This document shows, piece by piece, positions 35,834 to 44,030 of a stretch of DNA of 44,030 bases. The stretch is from an uncultured Candidatus Saccharibacteria bacterium. Its GTDB lineage: Bacteria; Patescibacteriota; UBA1384; UBA12157; JAENIV01. Below the pieces are notes generated by a model. It was not told the DNA's origin. It did no database searches and saw nothing but the letters and a program-made list of their open reading frames with translations. The stretch is from NCBI GenBank assembly GCA_964433905.1, contig CAYSSM010000004.1:1-44030 (forward strand), read 5' to 3'. Made by a program: the position numbers and the translations under genes. Position 1 is the first letter of the stretch. Each line of letters opens with the position of its first letter.

Positions 35834-37198
35834 TTATTTTTTTATTCTTTTAGTATGAATATACCACAAAGCGACATTCAAAAATCGGTCTCCTTCGGTT
35901 GCTGCAACAATTTTTTCGATACCATAAACTTTATTAGATACCAAATAAAAATAATCTTGATGCTCAACAACATAAGCCGGTATTTCCTGATCAATAATTT
36001 GCTGAAATTCAGCGTATTTTTCTTCGCGTTTTTTAAAATCAAATTCCTGGCGGGCATCTTCCATTAATTTATCGGCTTTAATATTTTTAAAATTTGATAA
36101 ATTACGACCGTCTTCTTTGATTTGTGAGGAATGCCAAAACGGATAAGGATCAGGATCTTCACCGTAATCAAGTCCGTATAGCAATAAATCATAGTCCCGT
36201 TTTGGAATGGTAGTTTTTTGCAAAGTAACATTATCCTTAACATCTAAAGTAACCTTTACGCCGGCTTTCCCCCATTTGTCAACAACCGCTTTAGCCAGCT
36301 CAACATTTTTGGCATTATCAGAAGTAACCAATCTCAAATCCAATTCTTTATTCGGTGAAGAATTCTCTTTTAATGCTCGGCGAATATTAATGTCCTGCAA
36401 GCTTTTATTGGAAAGATTAAAAAATAAATATAAATCTCTTGGCAAATGAACTTCAAATTTATTATAATCTTTCATGTCCTGATTATTTTGGATGCCCAGT
36501 CCGTAAATATCCTTCCTTCTTGCCGCTTTTAATAAATCGTCCTGGCTATTAAACAATTTGACAACTACTTTATTAATGTAGGGTTTACCCGCATAATAAT
36601 CGTCACGAGCCGTTAATTCGACTTCGTCTTTCGTTTCTTTAGAAATTCGATATGGCCCGTAGTCAAAGATTGGTTCAGTCGAAGCATAGAGAAAAGGACT
36701 AAACGGTTGTTTGAAGGAAAATGTAATTGTACTCGAATCGGGAGTTGAGATCTCAATATCTTTCCAAATATTTTTTGATAGAATTTGACTGGCCAAATCC
36801 TCTGAACTAAAATTATCCCTTAGTTTGAATTCGTATAATTTACCGTTATTTTTTATCTCCCAACTTTGAGCCATATCGGCAACAATGTTTTTTTGATTAT
36901 CGTATTTGGTTAAACCGGCATAAATTAACCGCGGCAAGTGCTTATCAAGATCTTTGCTTTCACCAACAATTCCTTCAACAAATTCACCTCCGGTAGCTGG
37001 CACTTGCCTGGTACCAGAAAGCCAATTACGATAGCCCAAGAAAACAAAGGATATCGCTACTGTTGCAAAAAGGCCCAATAATATTATTTTTTCTATCCTT
37101 GAAAAAACTCGAGGCAAGTGTTTGAAACTATAAAGTGTATCCCGCCAAGGATATTTTTTTATCGAATTGAGAATTTTTTTAGATTTGATAAATTTCAT
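35834..37198 (-). CDS. ABC substrate-binding protein family 5 (OppA-like), membrane anchored
   Basis: PATGGEFVEGIVG, IYAGLTK..ADMAQSW, DPDPYPFWHSSQ, NLSNF; next to secG. Confidence 0.88.
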   Translation of the reverse strand: MKFIKSKKILNSIKKYPWRDTLYSFKHLPRVFSRIEKIILLGLFATVAISFVFLGYRNWLSGTRQVPATGGEFVEGIVGESKDLDKHLPRLIYAGLTKYDNQKNIVADMAQSWEIKNNGKLYEFKLRDNFSSEDLASQILSKNIWKDIEISTPDSSTITFSFKQPFSPFLYASTEPIFDYGPYRISKETKDEVELTARDDYYAGKPYINKVVVKLFNSQDDLLKAARRKDIYGLGIQNNQDMKDYNKFEVHLPRDLYLFFNLSNKSLQDINIRRALKENSSPNKELDLRLVTSDNAKNVELAKAVVDKWGKAGVKVTLDVKDNVTLQKTTIPKRDYDLLLYGLDYGEDPDPYPFWHSSQIKEDGRNLSNFKNIKADKLMEDARQEFDFKKREEKYAEFQQIIDQEIPAYVVEHQDYFYLVSNKVYGIEKIVAATEGDRFLNVALWYIHTKRIKK

Positions 37199-37232
37199 AT
37201 AAGATATTCTCCTATAATAAATGAGGACTTTA

Positions 37233-37448
37233 TTAGATCAGAAAATTAATTATTACCAAGCCAACAAAAATTAGAGCCATAGCTATGGTAAAATAAAATA
37301 AAAATTTTTCCGCTCCGCGGCGAGTTCTGTAAACAGCTCCCTCGCCACCGAATGCTCCACCCAAAGAAGTACCGCGATGCTGAAGAAGGATGGCTAACAT
37401 TAAGATAACAGATACAACAATTTGAACGATCAATAAAATTTGGTTCAT
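37233..37448 (-). CDS. secG: Preprotein translocase subunit SecG
   Basis: ILLQHRGTSLGGAFGG..RTRRGAEKFL. Confidence 0.95.
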   Translation of the reverse strand: MNQILLIVQIVVSVILMLAILLQHRGTSLGGAFGGEGAVYRTRRGAEKFLFYFTIAMALIFVGLVIINFLI

Positions 37449-37540
37449 TACTTTAATATTATAAGATATTTACCAAAAATTGTAAAGGTGGTATAATTAT
37501 ATCTGTGAGAAGTTAACGCTGAGAAGTAAAGCGACGAAGC

Positions 37541-37615
37541 GCGAGAGTAGTTCATCGGTAGAACGTCTCCTTGCCAAGGAGAAGGTAGCGGGTTCAATTC
37601 CCGTCTCTCGCTCCA
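37541..37615 (+). tRNA. tRNA-Gly(GCC)
   Basis: GCGAGAG/CTCTCGC TCCA, TCTCC-TT GCC AA-GGAGA. Confidence 0.97.
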
Positions 37616-37664
37616 CATCGCTATCGTTCGGTGTAAACTAAGCTTGCATTGAACGAAGCAAAAT

Positions 37665-37738
37665 GGCCTGATGTCCGAGTGGCTAGGAAGCGGTCTGCAA
37701 AACCGCGCACGCCGGTTCAATTCCGGCTCAGGCCTCCA
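37665..37738 (+). tRNA. tRNA-Cys(GCA)
   Basis: GGCCTGA/TCAGGCC TCCA, GCGGT-CT GCA AA-ACCGC. Confidence 0.97.
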
Positions 37739-37810
37739 TCTCGCTACGCTCGGCGTAAACTTGATTCATAAAAAACATTAGTTTATACTGAAACGACTGA
37801 AAGGAGTAAA

Positions 37811-38152
37811 GTGAGTAAAAAAGGTAAATCAAAATTCCATCGCCAAATAAGAGCTCGGATTCTCCAAGAAATGGTTAAAACTCAAGCTCAATCAGTATCA
37901 ACAACTGAAATATCACCTGCAGCTAAACCGATATTGCCACCTCAAAAAACCGAGTTCACACCCGCTCCAGGAGCGGGATTACAGGTTGGTTTTGGTACTT
38001 TGCAACTAGTCCGCGCTGATTTAAAAAAATCAGCCATTATTATCGGCTCAATTATATTAGTCATCATTGCGTTAGCGATTATTGATACTAAAACAGGCAT
38101 TCTTTTAAAAGCAGGCAATAGTATTTTTAAAACACTCAATATTGGAGTCTAA
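37811..38152 (+). CDS. Small membrane protein, hypothetical, carrying an in-frame REP copy
   Basis: AAGGAG RBS, basic N-terminus, VRADLKK plus TM helix; cccgctccaggagcggg at 37961-37977. Confidence 0.75.
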   Translation: MSKKGKSKFHRQIRARILQEMVKTQAQSVSTTEISPAAKPILPPQKTEFTPAPGAGLQVGFGTLQLVRADLKKSAIIIGSIILVIIALAIIDTKTGILLKAGNSIFKTLNIGV

Positions 38153-39657
38153 TAAATAGATTGATCTTTTGGCCGATATTGCAAGGCCTCGGCCAAATGA
38201 GAAGTTTTGATATTATTACTTCCCTCCATGTCAGCAATTGTCCGCGCCAATTTTAATGTTCTAACATATTGGCGGGCTGACAAATTTAAACTGTTTACCG
38301 CCGAACGCAGAAGCTCTTTTGAAGGAATATCAATAGCACAATGTTTTTTTATTTCCGCCGGCTTTAATTCAGAATTGGTTTTTTTCGATCTTTTTTGCTG
38401 AATTGCTCGGGCTTTTTCAACCCGGCTTCGAATTACGCTTGATTCTTCAGCCACTTTTTCGTCAGATAATTTTTCAAATTTAACTCTCGGCACTTCGATA
38501 TGAATGTCAATTCTGTCAAGTAGCGGTCCCGAGACTCTTTTTTTATAACGAAGGATTTGCGTCGGCGTACAGATGCATGATTTTTGCGTATCACCTAAAT
38601 AGCCGCAGGGACAAGGATTTTGAGCAGCAACTAAAATAAATTTCGCCGGATATAAAACAGATCCCTGCGCTCTCGAAACCGTAATCACACCATCTTCCAA
38701 AGGCTGGCGCAAGGCCTCTAAAACTGATCTTGGAAATTCAGCAAATTCATCCATAAACAAAACTCCGCGATGAGCCAAGGTTATCTCGCCGGGCTTGGGA
38801 AAAGTACCGCCGCCAACCAACGCCACAGAGGAAGTTGTATGGTGAGGCGCCCTAAAAGGCCGGGTATTGATAATTGGCTGATCGGCTGGAAGTATGCCAG
38901 CGACCGAATATATTTTTGTTACTTCAATTGCCTCCTCTTCGTAAAGCTGAGGTAAAATTGACGGGATTGTCCGCGCCAAAAGAGTTTTGCCTGATCCGGG
39001 CGGTCCCATCATTAAAACATTATGTCCACCGGCGGCGGAAATTTCTAAAGCCCGTTTTGCTTGCTCTTGACCTTTAGCATAAGCCATATCAAAATCGTAT
39101 GTTTTTGGTAAAGTAATCTTAAATTTCTTGAAATAAACCGATAAATTTTTTTCATTCTTAAAATGGTAAATTAAACTTTTTAAATTTTCCGCCGGATAAA
39201 TTTTCATACCCTTAACGATAGCCGCCTCGTCTTTATTAATATCAGGAAGGATAATTGATAAATATTTATTTTTTAAATTAACGGCAATTGGTAAAATACC
39301 ATTTATATGGCGCAGATTTCCATTTAAAGCCAGCTCCCCGACTAATAAAGTTTTACTGTCAATTTCCGGCAGCTGGTCGTCGGCGATTAAAATCCCTAAA
39401 GCGATGGCTAAATCATATGACGGTCCTTCTTTTTTAATATCGGCTGGAGCTAAATTAACCGTAATCCGTTTCATTGGAAAATTGGCGCCAGAGTTTTTAA
39501 TCGCCGAACGGACGCGTTCTTTGGATTCTTCAATCGCCTTATCCGGCAACCCTACGATTGTAAACGAAGGAAGCCCGGCAGAAATGTCGGCTTCAACTTC
39601 AACCGGAAAAGCTTCCAGACCTAAGACTGCGGCTGAATTTACTTTAGCGAGTGGCAT
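38149..39657 (-). CDS. comM: YifB/ComM Mg-chelatase-like AAA+ ATPase
   Basis: [56 protein letters not shown]. Confidence 0.96.
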   Translation of the reverse strand: MPLAKVNSAAVLGLEAFPVEVEADISAGLPSFTIVGLPDKAIEESKERVRSAIKNSGANFPMKRITVNLAPADIKKEGPSYDLAIALGILIADDQLPEIDSKTLLVGELALNGNLRHINGILPIAVNLKNKYLSIILPDINKDEAAIVKGMKIYPAENLKSLIYHFKNEKNLSVYFKKFKITLPKTYDFDMAYAKGQEQAKRALEISAAGGHNVLMMGPPGSGKTLLARTIPSILPQLYEEEAIEVTKIYSVAGILPADQPIINTRPFRAPHHTTSSVALVGGGTFPKPGEITLAHRGVLFMDEFAEFPRSVLEALRQPLEDGVITVSRAQGSVLYPAKFILVAAQNPCPCGYLGDTQKSCICTPTQILRYKKRVSGPLLDRIDIHIEVPRVKFEKLSDEKVAEESSVIRSRVEKARAIQQKRSKKTNSELKPAEIKKHCAIDIPSKELLRSAVNSLNLSARQYVRTLKLARTIADMEGSNNIKTSHLAEALQYRPKDQSIY

Positions 39658-42142
39658 TATTTTTTTGAGATTTTCTTTTTCTTACTATGATAAATACTAT
39701 AATTGTCACAAGCAAAGCAATTCCGACAATTAAAGCAATGCCTGTGCCGGATTTAAAAAGAGTCGTTATTAAAGATGTTTTAGGCGAAGGTGAAGGCGAA
39801 GGTGAAGGTGAAGGTGAAGGGCTGGCAGGTAAAGAAAGCTTTGGCGTCGGTGTTGGAGAAATTTCAACGGGAGTTGGAGTTAGAATAGGCGTAGCTGTTG
39901 GAGTAGGAGTAGGAGCGGGAGTAGGAGTTGGCGTTGGTGAAGGAGTTGGCAAAATTTCCTGAGGTAATTGAACAATTCTGATATGGTTATTGGCCACGGT
40001 TTGACCCCCTCCATAATAGCCGGTAGCAAAAGCCAGGTCGTCTTTCACTCTCATCCTAATTTCCAAAAGGCTAGTCGTTGGAGCACTACCGCCGCATGCG
40101 AGATAACGGATAGCCTGAGGATTTTCAATGTCTAAAACGCAAATATACGGGTCTTCTAAGGTATATAAAAGATTGCCGACTATTTCCGCATCAAAGGTGT
40201 GAACGCTTTGAAACTGATAGGAAAGGGTGGGCGATAAAGGATTACCGATATCATATAAATAGTTAGTACTTTGACCGCCTATCATTAATTTGTTACCAGA
40301 GACAGCCAAATCAGGATAAGAAAGACTGCCGATCTGATTAGAATTAGAATCGAGGAAACTTACTGGAGATATGACTGGATTTGAGGGATCGCTAATATCT
40401 ATCACCTTGATTCCACCAATTCCACCGCCATGCTGTGATGCATAAACCAAATTACCTTTGACGGCTAATCTCCATGGTATTTGCGGTAAATCAATAAACG
40501 ATCGCAATGCGGGATTAGCAGGATCGGCAATATCAACAATATAAACCCGATATTTAGTTACAAGCCCCGGATTATGATGGCTTTCGGCCGTGACATAAAC
40601 ATAATTTCCAGAGGTGATTAAATCGTACGGATACCAATAATCATCAGAGGCATTCAGGGGATCTAAAGTAAGCGAGCCAATCTTTTGTGGATTTGAAATA
40701 TCGCTAAGATCAAAAACTCTAAATTGGCTATTTTCACCTGTTTGAGAAAAGAATACATAATTTTGCTTTGTTGAAACTGCCCCTCCCCCAACATACAATC
40801 CCCTAAAAGATTGGACATTATCGCCAAAAAATCGAGATTTTAGGATTGGATTTCGCGGGTCGGTGGCATCCCAAAATTGTAAGCCAGCGCGGGTTACCGC
40901 CACCATAGCTTTATTATCCAAGAAATTAACATCTAATGTCTGATTTAAAACCGGAGCGATTTGGACGATTTGCGGATAATAATTAGAGGCAATATTTTGG
41001 ACATCGTAAACATTAAATAAAGTTTGATTGTCAGTAAAAAATACATATCCTCTCGGATCTGCCATCACATCAGCCGACACCCCCGGGGTGGCAAAATTAC
41101 GCACCGGCAAGGCAATTCCATCAGCCGGCTCAGGTCCAGGAAGCCAAACTGCATTAGCCGGATTAGAAATATCAAAAACAAAACCGCCTTGCTTGTTGCC
41201 AATAATTCCATTGGTGGCATAAAGATAATTTCCTGAAATATCTATTCCCATAATATCAGAGCCGTTTCTGCTAAAAGCCTTATCAACCACGACAGGAGAA
41301 AAGGTGGGTGTTCCAATTCCATTGATATCCACCACTTGCAACCCCGCAATTCCGGCCGCCACATAAGCGTAATATCCCGCAATCTCAACATCGTAGGCTT
41401 TATCCCCACCGTATCCAACCAAAGGAATGGTAAAAGCTTGATCGGTTTGAGCATCGATTATTTTAAAATCATTGAGAATACCGGTGAAAAGAAAAACTTT
41501 TCCGCTAAATTCTCTTGCTTTAAGAGTATTGCGGTTAGCGCTATTACCTAACCCGACATTGATGGTTTTTTCTAAAATAGGATTGGCCGGATTAGTTACA
41601 TTACGAACTTGAATTTTGCCTTCGGTAGAGGCAATATACAATTTATTATTTAAATAATCTAATCCCCGCGCATAGTAGATCGAACTAGAGACTACGGGAA
41701 ACTCGGTAATTTTTTGAATCGAGGCCGGATTAGAAATATCTAAGATAAATGCTCTGGTGCCGGCAGTGGCATAAAGATAACTTCCGTTAACTTTTATATC
41801 CCATGGCATCCAGTTTAATCCCGTCGTGGACAGAAATTGATAGCCATTCCCGAGCTCCCTCGGACGCAATGGATCGGTATTGTCAAAAATTTTCACGCCA
41901 TTGTCAAAAGTCGAATAAATTCGAGGCGGATTATCGGTTAGAACAATTTTTGTATCGTATTCAGACGGCGCCCAGAGCATTTTGGCAAGCTGAGGGGTGC
42001 CAATTATTTCAGCTGCCCAAGGCGAATATTTTTTTAGATACCATAAACCGCCTGATATAATTGCTAAAATCAGAAATAAAGCGCTTAATAGGACGATTTT
42101 CTTTTTTAAAGAATATTTTTTAAAACGGTTAATAAACTTCAT
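39644..42142 (-). CDS. LVIVD-repeat surface protein with Pro/Thr/Ser linker and C-terminal TM anchor
   Basis: Repeated YAYVA..GLQVVD / FD(I/L)S(N/D)P..P units, PTPTPTP and SPSPSP linker, hydrophobic tail then RKRK. Confidence 0.88.
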   Translation of the reverse strand: MKFINRFKKYSLKKKIVLLSALFLILAIISGGLWYLKKYSPWAAEIIGTPQLAKMLWAPSEYDTKIVLTDNPPRIYSTFDNGVKIFDNTDPLRPRELGNGYQFLSTTGLNWMPWDIKVNGSYLYATAGTRAFILDISNPASIQKITEFPVVSSSIYYARGLDYLNNKLYIASTEGKIQVRNVTNPANPILEKTINVGLGNSANRNTLKAREFSGKVFLFTGILNDFKIIDAQTDQAFTIPLVGYGGDKAYDVEIAGYYAYVAAGIAGLQVVDINGIGTPTFSPVVVDKAFSRNGSDIMGIDISGNYLYATNGIIGNKQGGFVFDISNPANAVWLPGPEPADGIALPVRNFATPGVSADVMADPRGYVFFTDNQTLFNVYDVQNIASNYYPQIVQIAPVLNQTLDVNFLDNKAMVAVTRAGLQFWDATDPRNPILKSRFFGDNVQSFRGLYVGGGAVSTKQNYVFFSQTGENSQFRVFDLSDISNPQKIGSLTLDPLNASDDYWYPYDLITSGNYVYVTAESHHNPGLVTKYRVYIVDIADPANPALRSFIDLPQIPWRLAVKGNLVYASQHGGGIGGIKVIDISDPSNPVISPVSFLDSNSNQIGSLSYPDLAVSGNKLMIGGQSTNYLYDIGNPLSPTLSYQFQSVHTFDAEIVGNLLYTLEDPYICVLDIENPQAIRYLACGGSAPTTSLLEIRMRVKDDLAFATGYYGGGQTVANNHIRIVQLPQEILPTPSPTPTPTPAPTPTPTATPILTPTPVEISPTPTPKLSLPASPSPSPSPSPSPSPKTSLITTLFKSGTGIALIVGIALLVTIIVFIIVRKRKSQKNNATR

Positions 42143-42182
42143 TTCCCCTCTTTATTTATTATACAGTGAACTCTGTCAAAAT

Positions 42183-43088
42183 CTACTTAGACAGAAATTT
42201 TTCGATTAATTTTTCCGCCTGATTAATGTTTTGAACCCAATAAATGTTTTTATCCCGCCTAAACCAAGTCATTTGGCGGCGGACATATGCGTGAGTGTTG
42301 AATTTAATTTTTTGGATCGATTCTCTAAGAGATTTTCGACCTTTTAAATAATCAATAATTTCCTTATAGCCAATGCCACTCATCGCCGGCAGATCCTCAC
42401 GATATTTTTTTAATAGATTTCTTACTTCCTCAACTAAACCACTCTTAACCATCTCTTCTATTCTAGCGTCAATTTTGGAATATAAAGTTTCACGGTCCAC
42501 ATCAATGCCGATAATTAACGAATCGTATTTTGGCTTCTTTTTTTGCAATTTGCTAAAAGGATTCTTTGTCAATATCGATACTTCTAAAGCGCGGATAATG
42601 CGGCGGCGGTTTTTAGGATCAATTTTTTTGGCTGAGATCGAATCGAATTGCTGTAATTTTTTAATTAATTCAGTATCTTTGAGTTTTTCAAAACTCTGTC
42701 TTAGTTTTAAGCTTTCCTTTTTTAGATCAGGGATAACATAACCGTAGAGAACTGATTCAATATATAAGCCCGTTCCGCCGGCAATCACTGGTAAAATATT
42801 TTGTGCTTGATATTTTGCAATTAGCTCTTCGGCTTTTTTTTGATAATCGGCAACGGAAAATATCTTGTCTGGATAAATGATATCAATTAGATCTTGTTGG
42901 AAGCTTTTATCTTTACCAGTACCAATGTCCATCCCAATATAAACTTGGCGTGAATCGGCTGAAATAACTTTGCCGTTAAATTTTTGCGCTAAAATTTTTG
43001 CCCATGAAGTTTTCCCCGAGCCGGTCGGACCAACAATAGCAACCAGTCTCGCCGAGCCTAGGCGGATAATTTTTTTAGTATCTGGCAT
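42183..43088 (-). CDS. miaA: tRNA dimethylallyltransferase
   Basis: GPTGSGKT, SADSRQVY.GMDIGT, GGTGLY, IGYKE, RRQMTWFR. Confidence 0.97.
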   Translation of the reverse strand: MPDTKKIIRLGSARLVAIVGPTGSGKTSWAKILAQKFNGKVISADSRQVYIGMDIGTGKDKSFQQDLIDIIYPDKIFSVADYQKKAEELIAKYQAQNILPVIAGGTGLYIESVLYGYVIPDLKKESLKLRQSFEKLKDTELIKKLQQFDSISAKKIDPKNRRRIIRALEVSILTKNPFSKLQKKKPKYDSLIIGIDVDRETLYSKIDARIEEMVKSGLVEEVRNLLKKYREDLPAMSGIGYKEIIDYLKGRKSLRESIQKIKFNTHAYVRRQMTWFRRDKNIYWVQNINQAEKLIEKFLSK

Positions 43089-44030
43089 TGGTTTTTCTTC
43101 TTACTAATTTTTCTATTTCAACAACTAAGATGATTGAGAAAGAGACAAGGACGATTTTTATCCAATCAGTTCCGCTGAGAGCCGTGGTATGAAAAATTCT
43201 TTCCATCGGCAAAACATAGACAGTTGAAATTGAGAGAAAAAAAGAAAGAAGCATTGAGCCCAAAATATATTTATTAGAAAAAAATGGCAAGCTAAAAATT
43301 GACTCTCTCAAAGACCGGCAATTTAAGACATTGAAAACCTGGAAAACCACCATCGTGATAAAAGCAATGGTTCGAGCGCGGTTAATATCTGCTCCGGCTT
43401 GGACTTCCGCCCCATAAAGAATCATCGTTCCCACTAGCATAACTAATCCCACTAAGAGAGTCCGGGCAATCATAATCCGGTTGAAAATACCTTCTTTTGG
43501 CGAGCGAGGGGAAAATCCAAGAACTCCTTTATGAGTTGGTTCCATGGCCAAAGAAAGACCAACGGTGCCATCGGTGACTAAATTTAACCAAAGAATCTGA
43601 ACCGGCAAAAGCGGTAAATTATATGGCGGGGGGAATAAAAGCAAAGCTGAAAAGATAATTATTAACTCACCGATGCTGGTTGAAATAAGATAAAAAATCA
43701 CTCGGCGAATATTTTGAAAAATCGTTCTTCCTTCTTCAACGGCGGCGACAATCGTGGCAAAATTATTATCAGTCAAAACCAAATCGGCAACTTCTCTTGA
43801 GACATCGGTCCCCCCCTCGCCCATAGCCACGCCAATATCGGCTTTTTTCAAGGCAGGGGCGTCATTGATACCATCACCAGTGACGGAAACAATTTGGTTT
43901 TGGCCTTGCAAACTTTCAACAATTTTTAACTTTGTCTCCGGCGAGATCCTCGCAAAAACAGAAAAATCACCGAGAGCTTTTTGGAAATCTTCTGGGTCTA
44001 ATTTCTCTAACTCTTGACCAGAAATTAAGC
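43075..44030 (-). CDS. Cation-transporting P-type ATPase (Ca2+-like), C-terminal part only
   Basis: VFARISPETK, TGDGINDAPALKKADIG, QILWLNLVTD; frame open to window edge. Confidence 0.95.
   Translation of the reverse strand, partial: LISGQELEKLDPEDFQKALGDFSVFARISPETKLKIVESLQGQNQIVSVTGDGINDAPALKKADIGVAMGEGGTDVSREVADLVLTDNNFATIVAAVEEGRTIFQNIRRVIFYLISTSIGELIIIFSALLLFPPPYNLPLLPVQILWLNLVTDGTVGLSLAMEPTHKGVLGFSPRSPKEGIFNRIMIARTLLVGLVMLVGTMILYGAEVQAGADINRARTIAFITMVVFQVFNVLNCRSLRESIFSLPFFSNKYILGSMLLSFFLSISTVYVLPMERIFHTTALSGTDWIKIVLVSFSIILVVEIEKLVRRKTNARY

Noticed and set aside
35605-36067. Short ORFs 35605-35811, 35616-35858, 35622-35807 and 35636-36067 (also 33923-34126, 35014-35235, 37448-37720)
   Set aside because: They overlap tRNA genes or GC-rich palindromes and are shadow ORFs.
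39687-39962. GE/GV-repeat ORF on the plus strand
   Set aside because: Antisense shadow of the PT/PS linker of the LVIVD protein.

Overview
AT-rich housekeeping region, almost entirely on the minus strand, with gene content typical of a CPR/Patescibacteria bacterium (inferred from class I LysRS, short AlaRS, the FtsA-like + baseplate-J-like pair, a PaaX-like orphan and a GxxExxY gene). Core genes: ftsEX plus an M23 coiled-coil protein, polX, ddl, secA, hpf, serS, lysS, greA, mreBCD-mrdA, mltG, ruvX, alaS, a lytic transglycosylase, nrnA, rpsA, a cyclophilin, an OppA-like protein, secG, comM, an LVIVD surface protein, miaA and a partial P-type ATPase. There are seven intact tRNA genes and one REP-associated tyrosine transposase (RAYT). 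The most unusual signal is non-coding: two intact tRNAs (Phe-GAA, Leu-CAG) sit inside degenerate tRNA 'shells' that resemble the same isotype, one of them nested three levels deep. One palindromic element family interrupts the D- or T-loops of tRNA remnants at three loci, and tRNA-Gly and tRNA-Cys are each bracketed by inverted REP-like halves. Related palindromes lie in frame in lysS, serS and a small membrane-protein gene. Other oddities are a circularly permuted M23 domain, a SerRS lacking a conserved segment, and GxxExxY and PaaX-like genes flanked by paired repeats. All assignments are by-eye motif recognition; no database searches were run.
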